A stretch of 63,194 nt of DNA, the filler included, from Octopus bimaculoides (taxonomy: Eukaryota): NCBI RefSeq assembly GCF_001194135.2. It is 7 parts of 7 records of this genome, joined end to end, with 100 filler letters (N's around TTAATTAATTAA, not from the genome) between each part and the next. Parts side by side here need not be neighbours in the genome. Positions count along the whole stretch, not along the records: positions 24,857 to 42,984 come from NC_068990.1; 6 more parts are not named here. The stretch is one strand, 5' to 3'. Below, piece after piece: positions 25,181 to 39,189 of this stretch. The notes beneath the pieces were generated by a model that was not told the DNA's origin, did not search any database, and saw only the letters and a program-made list of their open reading frames with translations. How positions within the stretch are numbered: the stretch's first letter is position 1; each line of letters starts with the position of its first letter. Made by a program: the position numbers and the translations under genes.

Positions 25181-25645
25181 TGTGGGGCAATAGTAGCAGA
25201 CAATAGAACATTTGATTGAGAAGTAAACTTCTAAATCATACAGCTTGACTTTGGTAGTTAGTGAAAATAATCACTTTAAAAATAGAAATTTTAGGCAATT
25301 TGTTTTGATTTCCAATGCCTCCATGAAAATGTGTGCAGAGATATATGTAAGTGTGTCTACATGTGAGTGTGTTTGTGTGACAGTCTTCTGTTTGTACCAT
25401 CTAACCAATTAAACAAGAATTGAAAATAGTAGTAATTGAATATGCTATCAGAAGTAAATCACATATCTGCACATTACATCACAATTACTATGAAGTGATA
25501 GACAACTATCATGAAATACAGATTCTTGATAATGTTATAAAAACTAAGTGTAAAATTTTCAATAGAATCGAAGCAATAAACAAGTGATATACAGAGGACA
25601 GAATAAAGAAGAAAAGAAGATACATACACACATAGACATACATGC

Positions 25646-25734
<89 letters not shown>

Positions 25735-26423
25735 GCAGGAAATAGAGTTTTAAGAATTATCAACATGAGCAATATTAGATGTTTACATTATGAGTAACCA
25801 TGGCTGCATGGTTAAGAAGCTGACTTTGCAACCTTTTGCAACCAAAAGATGGTTTTGGGTTCAATCCTAAAACATGGCACCTTGGACAAGCATCCAAGTG
25901 TCTTCTATTATAGTCCCCAGCCAGCTAATGCCTTCTGTGTGTGGAACTGTGGAAATTATACATATATGTGTGTGTGTGTGTATGAGCATTGTGAGTGTGT
26001 GTATGTGTACATCCAACTGTTTGACAACAGGTGTTGGTTTGTTTATGTTTCCCTGTAACGTAGCTGTTCAGCAGTCTTAACCAGTAAGTACCAGATGAAT
26101 TTGTTTGGCTAAACCCTTCAAGGCCATGTTCTAGCATGGCCTGAGCACAATGACTGAAACAAATAAAAGATAAATGATACCTAAAAAAATTTTTAAAAAG
26201 CGGCTGTGTGGTAAGAAGGTTGCTTCCAAACTACATGGTTTCTGGGTTCTCTCTTACAATGTGGTAATTTGGGCAAGAGTCTTCTCTACTAAGCCTTGGG
26301 CCAACCAAAATCTTGGGAGTGGATTTGGTAGACAGAATCAGATTGGAGCCTGGTGTAGCCATCTGGCTCACCAGTCCTCAGTCAAATTGTCCAACCTATG
26401 CTAGCATGGAAAGCGGACGTTAA

Positions 26424-26455
<32 letters not shown>

Positions 26456-28583
26456 AGAAACACATATAAGTGTGTGTATTTATTATATGTGTGTGTGTCT
26501 TTGTATCTGTGTCCCCCCCCCCCCAACACAGCTTGGGATGGGTTTTTACATTTCCATAATTTAGCAATTTGGCAAAAAGAGGTTGATAGAATAAGTACCA
26601 GGCTTTTAAAAAAAATAAGTATTGGGTTTGATTCATTCAACTAAAAATTCTTCAAGATGGTGCCCCAATATGGTTGCAGTGAAATGACTGAAACAAGTAA
26701 AAGATAAAAGAATAGAAAGAAGGAAGAAATAGTTGAAGATTGATAAAAATAAAAATAACTGTATATAACCTAATGTGGAGCTTACATGGTTCGGTTCCAA
26801 CCTGCTTCTCTAATATTCTCTATTATTCTCAAAAGTTTTTTTTTATCTTTCTAATGTATCACATTTATAATAAAATCTTCTCTATGTCTCCATAATTTTC
26901 ATCTTGCATTTTTTATTTTAGTCTTTTACATATTTCAGTCACTGAACTGTGGCTATGCTGGGGCACTGCCTTGAAGGGCCTAAGCCAAACAAAACAAATC
27001 AATGTAAGCAAACTATACCAGGTAGTATAGCACACAGACACAAAATCATACACACGCACATTTCAGTTTAATGTTTGGTAAATATACATAGTAGAGGAAT
27101 AAACAGAAGCATCTATTTTAAAAGTTATACACAAAAATTGAAAATAAGAGAATACCATCTAAAATTCATCGAACAATTTGCAAATGGCTCACCAGATTTT
27201 AATGCAGCAAATCAGTGAGAAGAATAACTGAATTAGTTTCATAATACTCCATGAATTTATGAAAGGACTTGAAAAGGTGACAGAGAAATATGTATAAAGA
27301 TCAGAACTGATGAACATCGGAATCATATAGATTTGGTTTACAAAAGAAACAATGAACTGAGAAACAGCAGAAAATAGAATATTTATAGGAAAATAGAAAA
27401 TTGTCATGGAATTTTATTCTTTTTATATGAAAATAGAAAAAATTTTTTGTATGAAAATAGAAATCATATGTTATTATGGGTCATAAAAGACAACCATCCC
27501 TCCAAAAATATTAAAAAAAAAGAACCGTAATGGTAAGTGAAAAGATGTCAGAAGCAGTTCAGTTGATAGAATACTGCTAATATTGGGAATCAAATCAGTT
27601 AAGTCTCACATAAAGTTCAGCTGAATATGAATGCTCTTACAGAGATGGGTTTATGTTCCATTAATGTTGACACATATATGTTCTGTATATGTTACAAATT
27701 AAGCTTTTTCAGTTTATTTGTAGTCTGAGAGTATGATGACTGGAGCCTGAAAGTGACTGTAGAGGTTATTGATAAAAACACAGAATATGATGTTTCGTTG
27801 TCTGATCCTGTAATAATAATTCTTGTCAGGCACACTGAGATGAACAGCTAAAAAAAAATTTTAATAAATTATATTTTCTTTATAAAACAATGACAGTTGT
27901 AGCTTGACTCCCCATCTACTACTCCCGATACAATCTTTCAACACCCCACATACGACTTCTACTCACCCCATGCCTTGAGAGGTCATCTGGGTACCTCATC
28001 TCCACTATTTGTCTCTTCACTGCTCATATCATCTCCCTCTCTTACTAAATATGAGTAACCATGCAGTTTCTTCACCTGAACCTGCTCTGTTGTTACTTTC
28101 TCATACTTTTACCCGTCATCTTCTAGCATAAAGCTATCTTTTCTTTTGGTTGTTATAGTCTTGCAAGCTGCATCACGACCTCACTAGTGATGGTGACACG
28201 AAGATCACACCCATGCTGTAAAACGGTTGGCATTAGGAAGGGCATCCAATTGTAGAAACCATACCAAAGCAACCATCAAAGCATGATGCAGTTCTTGGAC
28301 CCATTAGGTTGTGCCAAACCATCCAATCACGGAACATGGACATTAAATGTCATCATGGAACATGGACATTAAATGGCGATGACAATGATGACGATGGTGG
28401 TGTTGCAGAACAAGCAGCAACAGGAAATTTAGTTTAAGCCAATCACTGGAGCTTCTACACTATCACTTGATCTTGATCTGTGCAATGCAAGGCCATAAAT
28501 ATCCTGCAACAGAGACTTTGCTACCTGTAAAATGGGGATCACATTTGTGAAGTTTGAAATGTTTGGATTTAAACCTCTCCTTA

Positions 28584-29031
28584 ATCCCTTTGATATTAAC
28601 CCACCTCAGACCACCTCTGCTTATAAACTTCCACTTTTAGAGTGATTTAAATTTAAACCTTACTGTAAAATTTCATGTTAATTTATGAATCAAAATTCAG
28701 CTTAATAATTGCTTCAAATTTTAGTCCAAGGCCAGCAACTTTTAGAAAACTGGGGTTAGAAAATTATGTTAACCCCTGTACTTGAGTGATACTTTATTTT
28801 ATTGATCTCAGAAGGATAAAAGTAATGTTGACCCTGATAGAATTTGAACTCAGAGTGCAAAGTGTCACATGAAATATCATTGGGTATTTTCTCCAATTCT
28901 ATGACACTTCTATCAGCTTGCTGCCTTCAAATTAATGACAACAATTATTTTTAATAAATTCTTCATCATTTTCGAAATTAATTGGGACAAAGACAAGGTG
29001 TTTCAACAGAAATATAGTAAAACATGGGCTA
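28584..29031. mobile_element. TTAA/CCCTTT-ended (piggyBac-like) MITE interrupted by a family-A SINE (~28716-28930); an inverted second copy starts at ~29150
   Basis: Left end TTAATCCCTTTGATATTAACCC, degenerate right end ATGGGCTAA. The two halves match the reverse complement of 29150-29340. Another AAGGGTTAA end lies at 29697-29705. Confidence 0.5.
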
Positions 29032-30420
29032 AAGATATGATGACCTAATGCAAATTATTAATGTTAATTAATCATCTACTAATGATCCATGGCATTGCTT
29101 AAGCAGTACTAACATCACTACTCACCCACATATAAACACTGCAATAGATCAACCATTTTGTTATTGTATTTCTGTTGAGACAATACTTCTGATTCAATGA
29201 ATTTCAAAAATAATGAAGAATTTAGTAAAACAGCTTTGTAATTGGAAAATTGAAGTTAAAAAATATATTAACATGAAATTTTGATGGTAAGTCTTAAGTT
29301 GTATTACTTGAACACTTTAGTATCTAAACTGACCATGTCAGGCCCAAATATTGTACCTGTTTTATGTTCAAATCAGTCAGGTCTGGCTAAGATATAGTTA
29401 CTTTCTCAAGTCATGCTGACTCATAACAGCTGGTTTCCTGGTGTCCTCATTTTTGTCAGCTGAGTGGACTGGAGCAATGTGAAATGAAATATTTTGCTCA
29501 AGAACACATGTTGCATGGTCCAGGAATTGACACCACAATCTTATGAACATGAGTCCAATACCCCAATCACTATACCACACACCTCCTCCACCTGGCTCCA
29601 GCCTACAAATTTCAAAGCTACATGATAACACATGATTAATTCAAAACAATTTGATTGTATAAGCATTACACATTTGATAGAGCAATCTATATGCTGAAGG
29701 GTTAAGCAGAAAGTTTGTCATAGAGAAAAAGGTAGTTTTCGGTGGTTTGGTATCATGAGGGTTAAAATATGAAAGAATTTCAGGTCAGGAAAATATTAAA
29801 CAATGATAAAAAAGATACAAATCTGAAACATTTAATAGGTTAATGAACCAGGCTTCTTTCTGTAACATGTCCCTCACAATCCTCTTCTCATAGGATTGGG
29901 TCAGCTTCAAGCTGTAGCAAAAGTCACTTGCCTGAGGTTCCACAGTGGGACTGAACCCAAGATTACATAGTTGGGATGCAAGCTTCCTAACCATACAGCA
30001 ACAAAACATTTACACTTCCATCACCATCTACTAATAATATAATGTACTAATAATATAATACACAACCATAGCTGCCCACCACAATCACACATAAGACATC
30101 ATCTACTACTGTGCTCTATGATCTTAAATGCTAACAAAATTATCTAATTCTGTAACCTTCTCTATTAATTATTATCACAGGAAAAAAGTAACATTTTAGT
30201 TATTTTTTCTTTCATTCTTTTGGTGGTGTTTTTATTTCATTTAGATTGCTACTTTTTAATAGGATTATGCAATGTTTGTGCAAAAATAGCTTAGGCAAGT
30301 TTTTCTAAACAGATTAGTAAATAATAAAGACATTGCTGTGTGTCTTTAAATGGAATTACTTGATTAAATTGCTTAATTTTTGCCACAATGTATATTTAGA
30401 AAATTATTCATACACATGTG

Positions 30421-30465
<45 letters not shown>

Positions 30466-30682
30466 NNNNNNNNNNNNNNNNNNNNNNNNNNNNNNNNNNN
30501 NNNNNNNNNNNNNNNNNNNNNNNNNNNNNNNNNNNNNNNNNNNNNNNNNNNNNNNNNNNNNNNNNNNNNNNNNNNNNNNNNNNNNNNNNNNNNNNNNNNN
30601 NNNNNNNNNNNNNNNNNNNNNNNNNNNNNNNNNNNNNNNNNNNNNNNNNNNNNNNNNNNNNNNNNNNNNNNNNNNNNNNNNN

Positions 30683-30741
<59 letters not shown>

Positions 30742-30755
30742 TACACACATGCACC

Positions 30756-30802
<47 letters not shown>

Positions 30803-31584
30803 ATATGCATACATACATATGCACCATGTGTATATATGTGTGCATGTATATATATATGCGTGTGTGTGTGTGTGTGTACACTCCCACATACGCATGCTAA
30901 GAGACACATACCTACACACAAATATAGAGTGTGTAAGTGTGTCTTTTATAAATGTTTATAAATAGAAAAGTACAAAAACACATATATGTAGCCTAAATAG
31001 AAACATATATAATTCTGCACATATTGCCATTATGTGTGTGTGTGTGTATGTGCATGTGTGTGCACATGTGTGTGTGTGTGTGTGTGTGTGTATGTGATTA
31101 TCATTTTTACATCCAATTTTTCCACGCTAGTATGGAGTGGATGTGATTTATTAAGGTTGTATTTTATGATTGTGTTCACTTACTGCCACCAATTCTTACT
31201 GTCTTTCAAGTAAAGTTTAATGTTAAATTACTGAGCTGTGGGCTGTAAACAATTTTGTCACTACCCACGCTATGTCAATGGAAACACATATGGCAACCAA
31301 CACATCATCATCATCGTTTTTAATCTACACGTTTTCATGCTTGTTGAAGCAGACAGTATTCACTGAAGCAGGTTTTCTCTAAACGGACAACATTCTTGTT
31401 GCCATTGCTCTCCTTTTCCCCAAGCATATTTCCTTGTGGTAGGATGTTTCCATGGGAAAATAGAAGCAACACCGCTTTTAGGATAGTGATACTTGTTTAC
31501 AGCTGTGGTGTGATGTCAAGACAAGGACATACACACACACACACACACACACATCGTCGTTGCTTTAACATCCAAGCATCAGGT

Positions 31585-32075
31585 GTAGTGTGCAAGAGAG
31601 AACACTGCACTTGTATGGTTATGTGATGCATATGGACGAGGACAGCTGTGTAAAGAAGTGCCAGATTCTAACTGGGGAGAGAACCTGTAGAAGAGGTAGA
31701 CCCGGGAAGACATGAGATGAAGTCATGAAGCATAATCTTTGAATGTTCAGTCTCATGGAAGTTATGAAAAGTGACCAAAACTCTTGGTGATTTGCTGTGC
31801 TTGAGAAGACATGTGAAGCCAAGTGAAATCGTATTTGTGGCTAGTGCTGGTGACACATAAAAAGCTTCTGTTCCAGGGATATGTAAAAGGCATCTGTACC
31901 ATTGACATGTAAAAGGTACCCACTGCAAAAAAGTGGCTGGTGTTAGGAAGGGCATCCAGATGTTGAAACCAAACCAAATCAGACTGGCGCTTGGTACAAC
32001 TCTCTGGCTTACAAGTCCCAGTCAAGCCATCTAACCCATGTCAGCATGGAAAATGGATACTAAATGCTGATGATG
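31585..32075 (+). mobile_element. RTE-clade LINE 3' end plus (ATG)n-tailed 3' UTR shared with a SINE family
   Basis: Translates as ..QERTLHLYGYVMHMDEDSCVKKC....TCRRGRPGKT*DEV..DQNSW*FAVLEKT, matching the RTE C-terminal RRLRWxGHVxRM..GRPRKTW pattern. The same 3' tail ends SINE copies at 1-60, 26200-26452, 28150-28400 and 33190-33510. Confidence 0.7.
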
Positions 32076-32635
32076 ATTTTCCAAACTCACACAAGGCAGA
32101 TGAATTTTACCGCAGCAATTTTTTTATGGCTGGATGATGCCCTTCATTAACCTTTACCTGTTTCTAAGCAAGGTAATATTCTTCCATTGCCAGACATGCC
32201 TATGCAGAACATTGGAAATGAATGACAGTGCTCCTATGAGACTGGAACTCATTTACAAATTACAAATCACATGATGTCAAGACAAGGTGACACAAACACA
32301 AATATACAATGGGTTTCTCCTCAGTTTCTGTATAGCAAATCCATTCACAAGGCTTTGGTCAGCCTAGGGCTATGGTAGCAGACACACCTCCAAAGTGCTA
32401 CATACAGGGACTGAACCTAAAACGACATGGTTCGGAAGCTAACTTCTCAATCATATATATTGATGGATGACTGTTTGAAGTTTCAGCTCTCACTGAAATT
32501 TTGAAGTCACCCATCGTCTCATAAAAACTTACCCATCGTCTCATATAACTAGTATATACTCTACAAAAGGTATTGAGTAATTCTTCACTTTAATGTTAAA
32601 TTATATTTATTATAATTCAACAGAAAGACACAACA

Positions 32636-32671
<36 letters not shown>

Positions 32672-32894
32672 CGCACTTATGTATGTATGTATGTATGTTT
32701 ACTGTTTTATTCTTTTATGCATTTCAACCCATGCTGGGGCACCACTAGTTTTATCACCCTTTTAATGGCCATTCTTTTTTGACTGGCTGGGAAATCATTA
32801 GGGTCTGTGGCTGAGTTTAAGCTCATTTCAATAAGATTGTTTGGTAATGATCCTTTCATGTAAGGAGCTTTGTTTTTATTTCTTCATCAGCCTT

Positions 32895-33105
32895 AATTTC
32901 TGGTCTTCTAATTTCCTTGATTGTAATCCCATGGATTACTAAGCATGGAGCACATTTGAGTTGCTTTGCCTGCAACACCAAGGCTGAGCTGGTGGCTGAG
33001 ATCAAGGAGATGTTCAAAGACATTCTCAGGGGTATAGTAAGGAATGCATGCAGTAGGTTCTAGAGCCATCTTGAGGATGTGATGGATGCTGAGTAGACTT
33101 TAATA
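32895..33105 (+). mobile_element. Tc1/mariner (maT-like) transposase C-terminal fragment
   Basis: FWSSNFLDCNPMDY*AWSTFE...CNTKAELVAEIKEMF...VRNACSRF*SHLEDV, i.e. the WPPNSPDCNPxDY..W motif family. Confidence 0.7.
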
Positions 33106-34206
33106 TTCAGGCCATAATCTATTTGAAATATTTTGATTGTTTAAAATACTTTCATATTTGGATGGTATATATATATATATATATATATATCAAGCCAGTG
33201 GAACATAAAAGGCACCATTCGAGTGTGACCAATGCTAGCGCCGCCTGACTGGCACCCATACCGATGGCATGTAAAAATCACCATTTGAGCATGGTCGATG
33301 CCAGCATTGCCTGACTGGCTCTCGTACTGGTGGCATGTAAAAAGCACCCACAACTCTCTCAGAATGGTTGGCATTAGTTAGGGCATCCAGCTGCAGAAAT
33401 CTTGCCAAATCAGATTGGAACCTGGTGCAGCCTCCTGACCTGCTAGTCCTCAGTCAAACTGTCCAACCCATGCCGACATGGAAAGTGGACACTAAGCGAC
33501 GATGATGATATGCATACACATATACCTATGACAATCATCTTTCCTTTTCTGTTTACCATATGCACTCATAAGACTTTGGCTGGCTTGGATCTAAAGAAAA
33601 AGACACATGCTGAGGATGCCACATAGTGGGATTGAACCCAAAGTCAGAACATTGTGAAGTACACTTCTTAAACCACATAGCTGTAGAATTCATAACCTTT
33701 CCTATCGCCTTAACATTATCATTATTTTCTCATAACTTTGAAGTCATTGGTCATATTAGAATACAATGCCAGCTGCAATACATTGTCTATGTGTCAATTA
33801 ACACTACATTATCTTAACTTAAAATAGTAATTCCATTCGTGTAATCAAAGAAATAGTTCATGACTGTACATGAGGCAAAACGCAAAGAAACTTTTGGATC
33901 TATCACCTGTGTTGCCAAAATATGTTTGTCTATAACAGCTGCATCTGAAGTGAGTATATGTTTTCAGTGCACATAAAATATACATTAATGTAGTGAGATA
34001 TGTGTCTGTGTATGTGTGTGCATATGTCTAAGATTATGTATAAAAATATAGATTTGCATAGGTGTATGTATTTGGTTGTGTGCATGTCTATCTATCTATC
34101 TCCCCATCTATCTATGTGTGTGTGTGTTAATATAAATGAAATTACGTAGATATACATATGTGAATATATATACATGTGTCTCTCTATCTACCTACCTCTC
34201 TCTCTC

Positions 34207-34277
<71 letters not shown>

Positions 34278-35329
34278 ATATATATGAATATACATGGATA
34301 TACATGTGTATAATATATATGTGTGTGTCTATCTATCTATCTATATGTCTGCCTGCCTGACTGTCTATCTCTCTATCAATACATATATAGGCAATAGTTA
34401 AAGGATGAAAAATGCTCCAATTTTTCTTCTGTTCTAATTCATATTAACATAATTGAAAAGTCTGTATGTGTCAACAAGTAACTTGTTTTTAATCTTAGTC
34501 TTTATGCCAGTTTTTACATGTTATCCAAAGCAGAAACTAGATTTCTCTCTACACTGAGCTCTATCACTTTAAAAAACAAATTTCATAAAAAAAGATTAAA
34601 ATAAAAAAAAAATAAGAACAAATGTTAAAATTCTAGATAGTTCATAACACAACATTCCTCCTTCTGCAACACATCTGAGAGAATAAAGTCATCTGAGAAT
34701 AATGAAAAACATCAGATGGCACAGCCAAGAAAAAAGAAGGAATGCTCTCTGAGGACAAAAAATTTAGAGGAGCTAGAATTGTTAATGATCACTGAGGTAG
34801 GAGAAGGAAGATGAAAAAGGGAAGAGTAGGCAGAGGATTATAATGAGGGTGAAGAGAAAGTGACAGAGGAAGTAGCAAAGGATAATGAACAGGAAGATGA
34901 CAATAATGAAGAAGTGGAGCCAAAAAAGGAAGAAGAGAGTAGCTATCTCGTTTTATGTGTATCAGAGTGGAAGTCCTAGATTCTGAAAGAAGGGAGCTGT
35001 TGACATGTTTAAGAATGTGAACTGGCATGGATTAAGGGGTGGGAGAAGATTTGGGGAGATTAACAACCATTTTGTAAACTGTCTTGTCAATGCAGAGACT
35101 GAAGATCTCAACCCACTCCACACATAAGACAGAATAGAAACACCTTTTCACCTAGTTTCTGCTCTCTCCTCCTATACAATATGTCCTACAGTTAGTCAAC
35201 ACAACAAGCTTATTTAGTTGTGCCAGGTCAGCAGCAAGTATTTGGCCACATCTGTGGATTTTGGTGTTGTGTTATTTTTCTTTGCCATCTCTCTCATCAT
35301 TAACTTCTTTCTTAACAAATAACTTTTAT

Positions 35330-36745
35330 ATGTAGAATTTCACAACTATGCAGAATTTCATGACTGAGATTCAGACAGAAATTTACAACTGTGAAACTTA
35401 GGCTGAATTTCAGAATGTGAAATTTATGCAGAATTTCAGTGTTGCAAATCTTAAGCTCAAATTTATAACTGAATTTTTAGGCTTTATCTCACAGCTGTGA
35501 ATTTCAGGCAAAGATTCACAACTGAAATTTAAGTAGAATTTCACTCCTGTGAAATTTAGACATAAATTCATATCTGTGAAATTTAGAGAAAGTTTCCCAA
35601 CTGTGAATTTTAGGCAGAATTTCACAACTACAAACTTTAGGAAGAATTTGTAGGCAACCTTATTTGAATCCAGTGTCGTCATGTTTTAATGAGAGTCATC
35701 TAGAGTTATCTCCCCCGTCACATCATTAACAACTAGGTGGTGCTTGTTAGATAGATATAAAAAGACATGCACAGCCAAGTAACATCCTCTTCTCCTCTCC
35801 CACGTGGCCTGAAGCTAACTACGTCTTCTACATCTCTGTTCCTGCTACAGGACAACCCTGCGTTGATTTGAATTTTGTTAAATCCTCTTTACCATTCATG
35901 GAAGGCAACAAGACAAAAACCTTTTCTTATTCAACTTCCATTCTGTTCTGTTGAATGTTAATATACAAGCTGTGTAAAATGTTCTCATCCCAGATCAGAA
36001 TAATTACTCCATGTACATGAAGTCTTCAAAAACTCATACGAGTTGTTGTTGTTTAAAGAAACTAGCTAGTGGATAGTTTCTGACGTCAGGGTCACCACTT
36101 TAGCGAGCTTTTAGCCCATTAATTTAATATAATGTTCGGTCATCCTTCGATAGCTGTAGGAATTAATCCAATGAGGAACAACAACAACTTGTATGAGTTT
36201 TCAAAGACTTCATGTACATGGAGTATTTCTTCCAATCAGGGATGAGAGCGTTTTACACAGCATGTATATTCACATTCAACAGAACAGAATGGAAGTTGAA
36301 TAAGTAAAGGTTTTTGTATTGCTGCCTTCCATAAATGGTATAGAAGATTTAGCAAAATTCAAATCAATGCAGGGTTGTTCTGTAGCAGGAGCAGAGATGT
36401 AGAAGACGTAGTTAGCTGCAGGCCACGTGGGAGAGGAGAAGAGAATGTTACTTGGCCGTGCGTGTCTTTTTATATATATCTCTAAAGAGTGCTACCTAGT
36501 TGTTAACGATTTGACAGGGGTGATAACTCTAGATAACTCTCATTAAAACATGACGACAATGGATTCAAATAAGGTTGCCTACAAATTTCACAACAGTGAA
36601 TTTTAGGCAGAATTTAGCAACTGTGTATTTAGGCAGCGTTTCACAAACATGAATTTTAGGGAGAATGTCACAATTATGATTTTTAGGCAAAAATTCACAA
36701 CTCTGAAATTGAGATAGTATTTCACAATGGGGATTTTTTGGCAGA
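35330..36745. repeat. Degenerate ~28-bp minisatellite (GTGAAATTTAGGCAGAATTTCACAACT), split by the foldback element
   Basis: Units run through 35330-35648 and resume at 36584-36745. Confidence 0.7.
35649..36583. mobile_element. Non-autonomous foldback DNA element (935 bp) with ~405-bp TIRs; termini and TSD are Ginger-like
   Basis: Arms 35649-36053 and 36177-36583 are reverse complements, with scattered mismatches and a 123-bp spacer. Ends are TGTAGGCAACC...GGTTGCCTACA. The 4-bp TSD AATT lies at 35645-35648 and 36584-36587. Confidence 0.9.
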
Positions 36746-38710
36746 TATTGAATGAATATAAGAATATCGTTAGTTTATGAGAATATTTCAATTATGATAC
36801 ACAAATGGAAAATAGAAAAAAAAATGATTTTGTAGTTGCATGTAGACATAGAGCTAAGCAAGAATACAATATAGAAATGTGCAACATACATACTCACATT
36901 CATATGTAGATTTCTGTACAAATATAAACTGAAAACTACATGAATACAAAGACAGACACATTCATGGTCAGTTTGATAGATACACATCTGTAGGGTCCTA
37001 TGTATGCTCATGTAAAACACACACATATACGCAGGTTTGTAAATCTCAACATATATACATGCATGTACCTACATTCACACACACAAATAAATACACAAAC
37101 TTCCAGAAATATTCCAATANNNNNNNNNNAATAAAACTAATATATATGCATATTATTTACAGATATTTATGTACATAAAGAGATGTATAAAAATAGTTCT
37201 TCATACTCATAGAAATACATATGGTTGTATGTATTTTTACATATGACATTATGTTACCCCCAAAAATGTTTTCTCCATAATACAAACCCAAGAACCAATA
37301 ATAAAAAATAGCAAATACTAATATAATTTTCCTTTTTTTTTTTTACTTCAGTTTTGGAATAAATGCAAGCATAAATAACATGAGGATTGTATGAGCATAT
37401 ATGAAAGAACTATACATACCAACACACAGGAAATATGGATATATATATATGGCAATGCATGAATACAGTGAAAGATGAATTTCAGGTGAACATGTTGTAG
37501 GACATATGAATAGAAACAATTGCAAACAGTTGCCATTCCAAGATGGAAAATATGAATACAAGTTGACTGAAAATATGCAGTTATATTATAAGGTGAAAAT
37601 AGCAATGTATATCAACAGGAGATATAAATGATATGGTTCAATAAATATGTAAGAACAGACAGAAACCACATAATATGAAGTTATTATATATATATATATA
37701 TATATATNNNNNNNNNNNNNNNNNNNNNNNNNNNNNNNNNNNNNNNNNNNNNNNNNNNNNNNNNNNNNNNNNNNNNNNNNNNNNNNNNNNNNNNNNNNNN
37801 NNNNNNNNNNNNNNNNNNNNNNNNNNNNNNNNNNNNNNNNNNNNNNNNNNNNNNNNNNNNNNNNNNNNNNNNNNNNNNNNNNNNNNNNNNNNNNNNNNNN
37901 NNNNNNNNNNNNNNNNNNNNNNNNNNNNNNNNNNNNNNNNNNNNNNNNNNNNNNNNNNNNNNNNNNNNNNNNNNNNNNNNNNNNNNNNNNNNNNNNNNNN
38001 NNNNNNNNNNNNNNNNNNNNNNNNNNNNNNNNNNNNNNNNNNNNNNNNNNNNNNNNNNNNNNNNNNNNNNNNNNNNNNNNNNNNNNNNNNNNNNNNNNNN
38101 NNNNNNNNNNNNNNNNNNNNNNNNNNNNNNNNNNNNNNNNNNNNNNNNNNNNNNNNNNNNNNNNNNNNNNNNNNNNNNNNNNNNNNNNNNNNNNNNNNNN
38201 NNNNNNNNNNNNNNNNNNNNNNNNNNNNNNNNNNNNNNNNNNNNNNNNNNNNNNNNNNNNNNNNNNNNNNNNNNNNNNNNNNNNNNNNNNNNNNNNNNNN
38301 NNNNNTATATATATACAAACATATATACATACATACATACATACATAATTCATACCTAAATACATAAATATAACATATGCATATATAAACCTTTTACTCT
38401 TTCCAAACATTAGACTGTGGACACGCTAGAGCAATGCTTTGAAGAATTTTAACTGAAAGAATCGACCCCAGTACTTCGTTTTTTTAAAGCCTTGTACTTA
38501 TCCTATCGATCTCTCGATCTCTGTTGCTGAACCACTAAATTATGGGGATGTAATGTAAACACACCAACATTGGTTGTCAAGTGGTGATGGAGGACAGGTA
38601 CAGACACAAAGATGTATGCATGCACATACATGTGTGTACATACACACACTTACACACATATGTGTATATAAATATACAACAATTTCATGTATATATATAT
38701 ATATATATAT

Positions 38711-38745
<35 letters not shown>

Positions 38746-38793
38746 NNNNNNNNNNNNNNNNNNNNNNNNNNNNNNNNNNNNNNNNNNNNNNNN

Positions 38794-38867
<74 letters not shown>

Positions 38868-39038
38868 ATATAAATAGTGAGGGATGTTTATATGCAATTT
38901 TACAATCAAAAGGCAGAAATATATACATCCCTAAAATGACTGAGGGCACTAACCAGCACCAGTATTGCTAGAAATAACAGTTAAAACTACACATATCCAC
39001 GAGAAATATAAATATATTGTGGTTATATGGTGTGTACA

Positions 39039-39112
<74 letters not shown>

Positions 39113-39189
39113 TACATATATATATATATATATATTGGTTTTGATGTTTGAGGCTCTAACAACAAACTCTTTCTTTGTCAGTCATAGTG

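Noticed and set aside
27727-27850. Open frame EYDDWSLKVTVEVIDKNTEYDVSLSDP with a GTAATA donor
   Set aside because: The best upstream acceptors introduce in-frame stops and no family is recognised. It is worth only a BLASTX check.
35189-35335. Possible terminal exon (LVNTTSLFSCARSAASIWPHLWILVLCYFSL...) after a good acceptor
   Set aside because: The hydrophobicity is explained by T-rich sequence, and there is no supporting upstream exon or homology.
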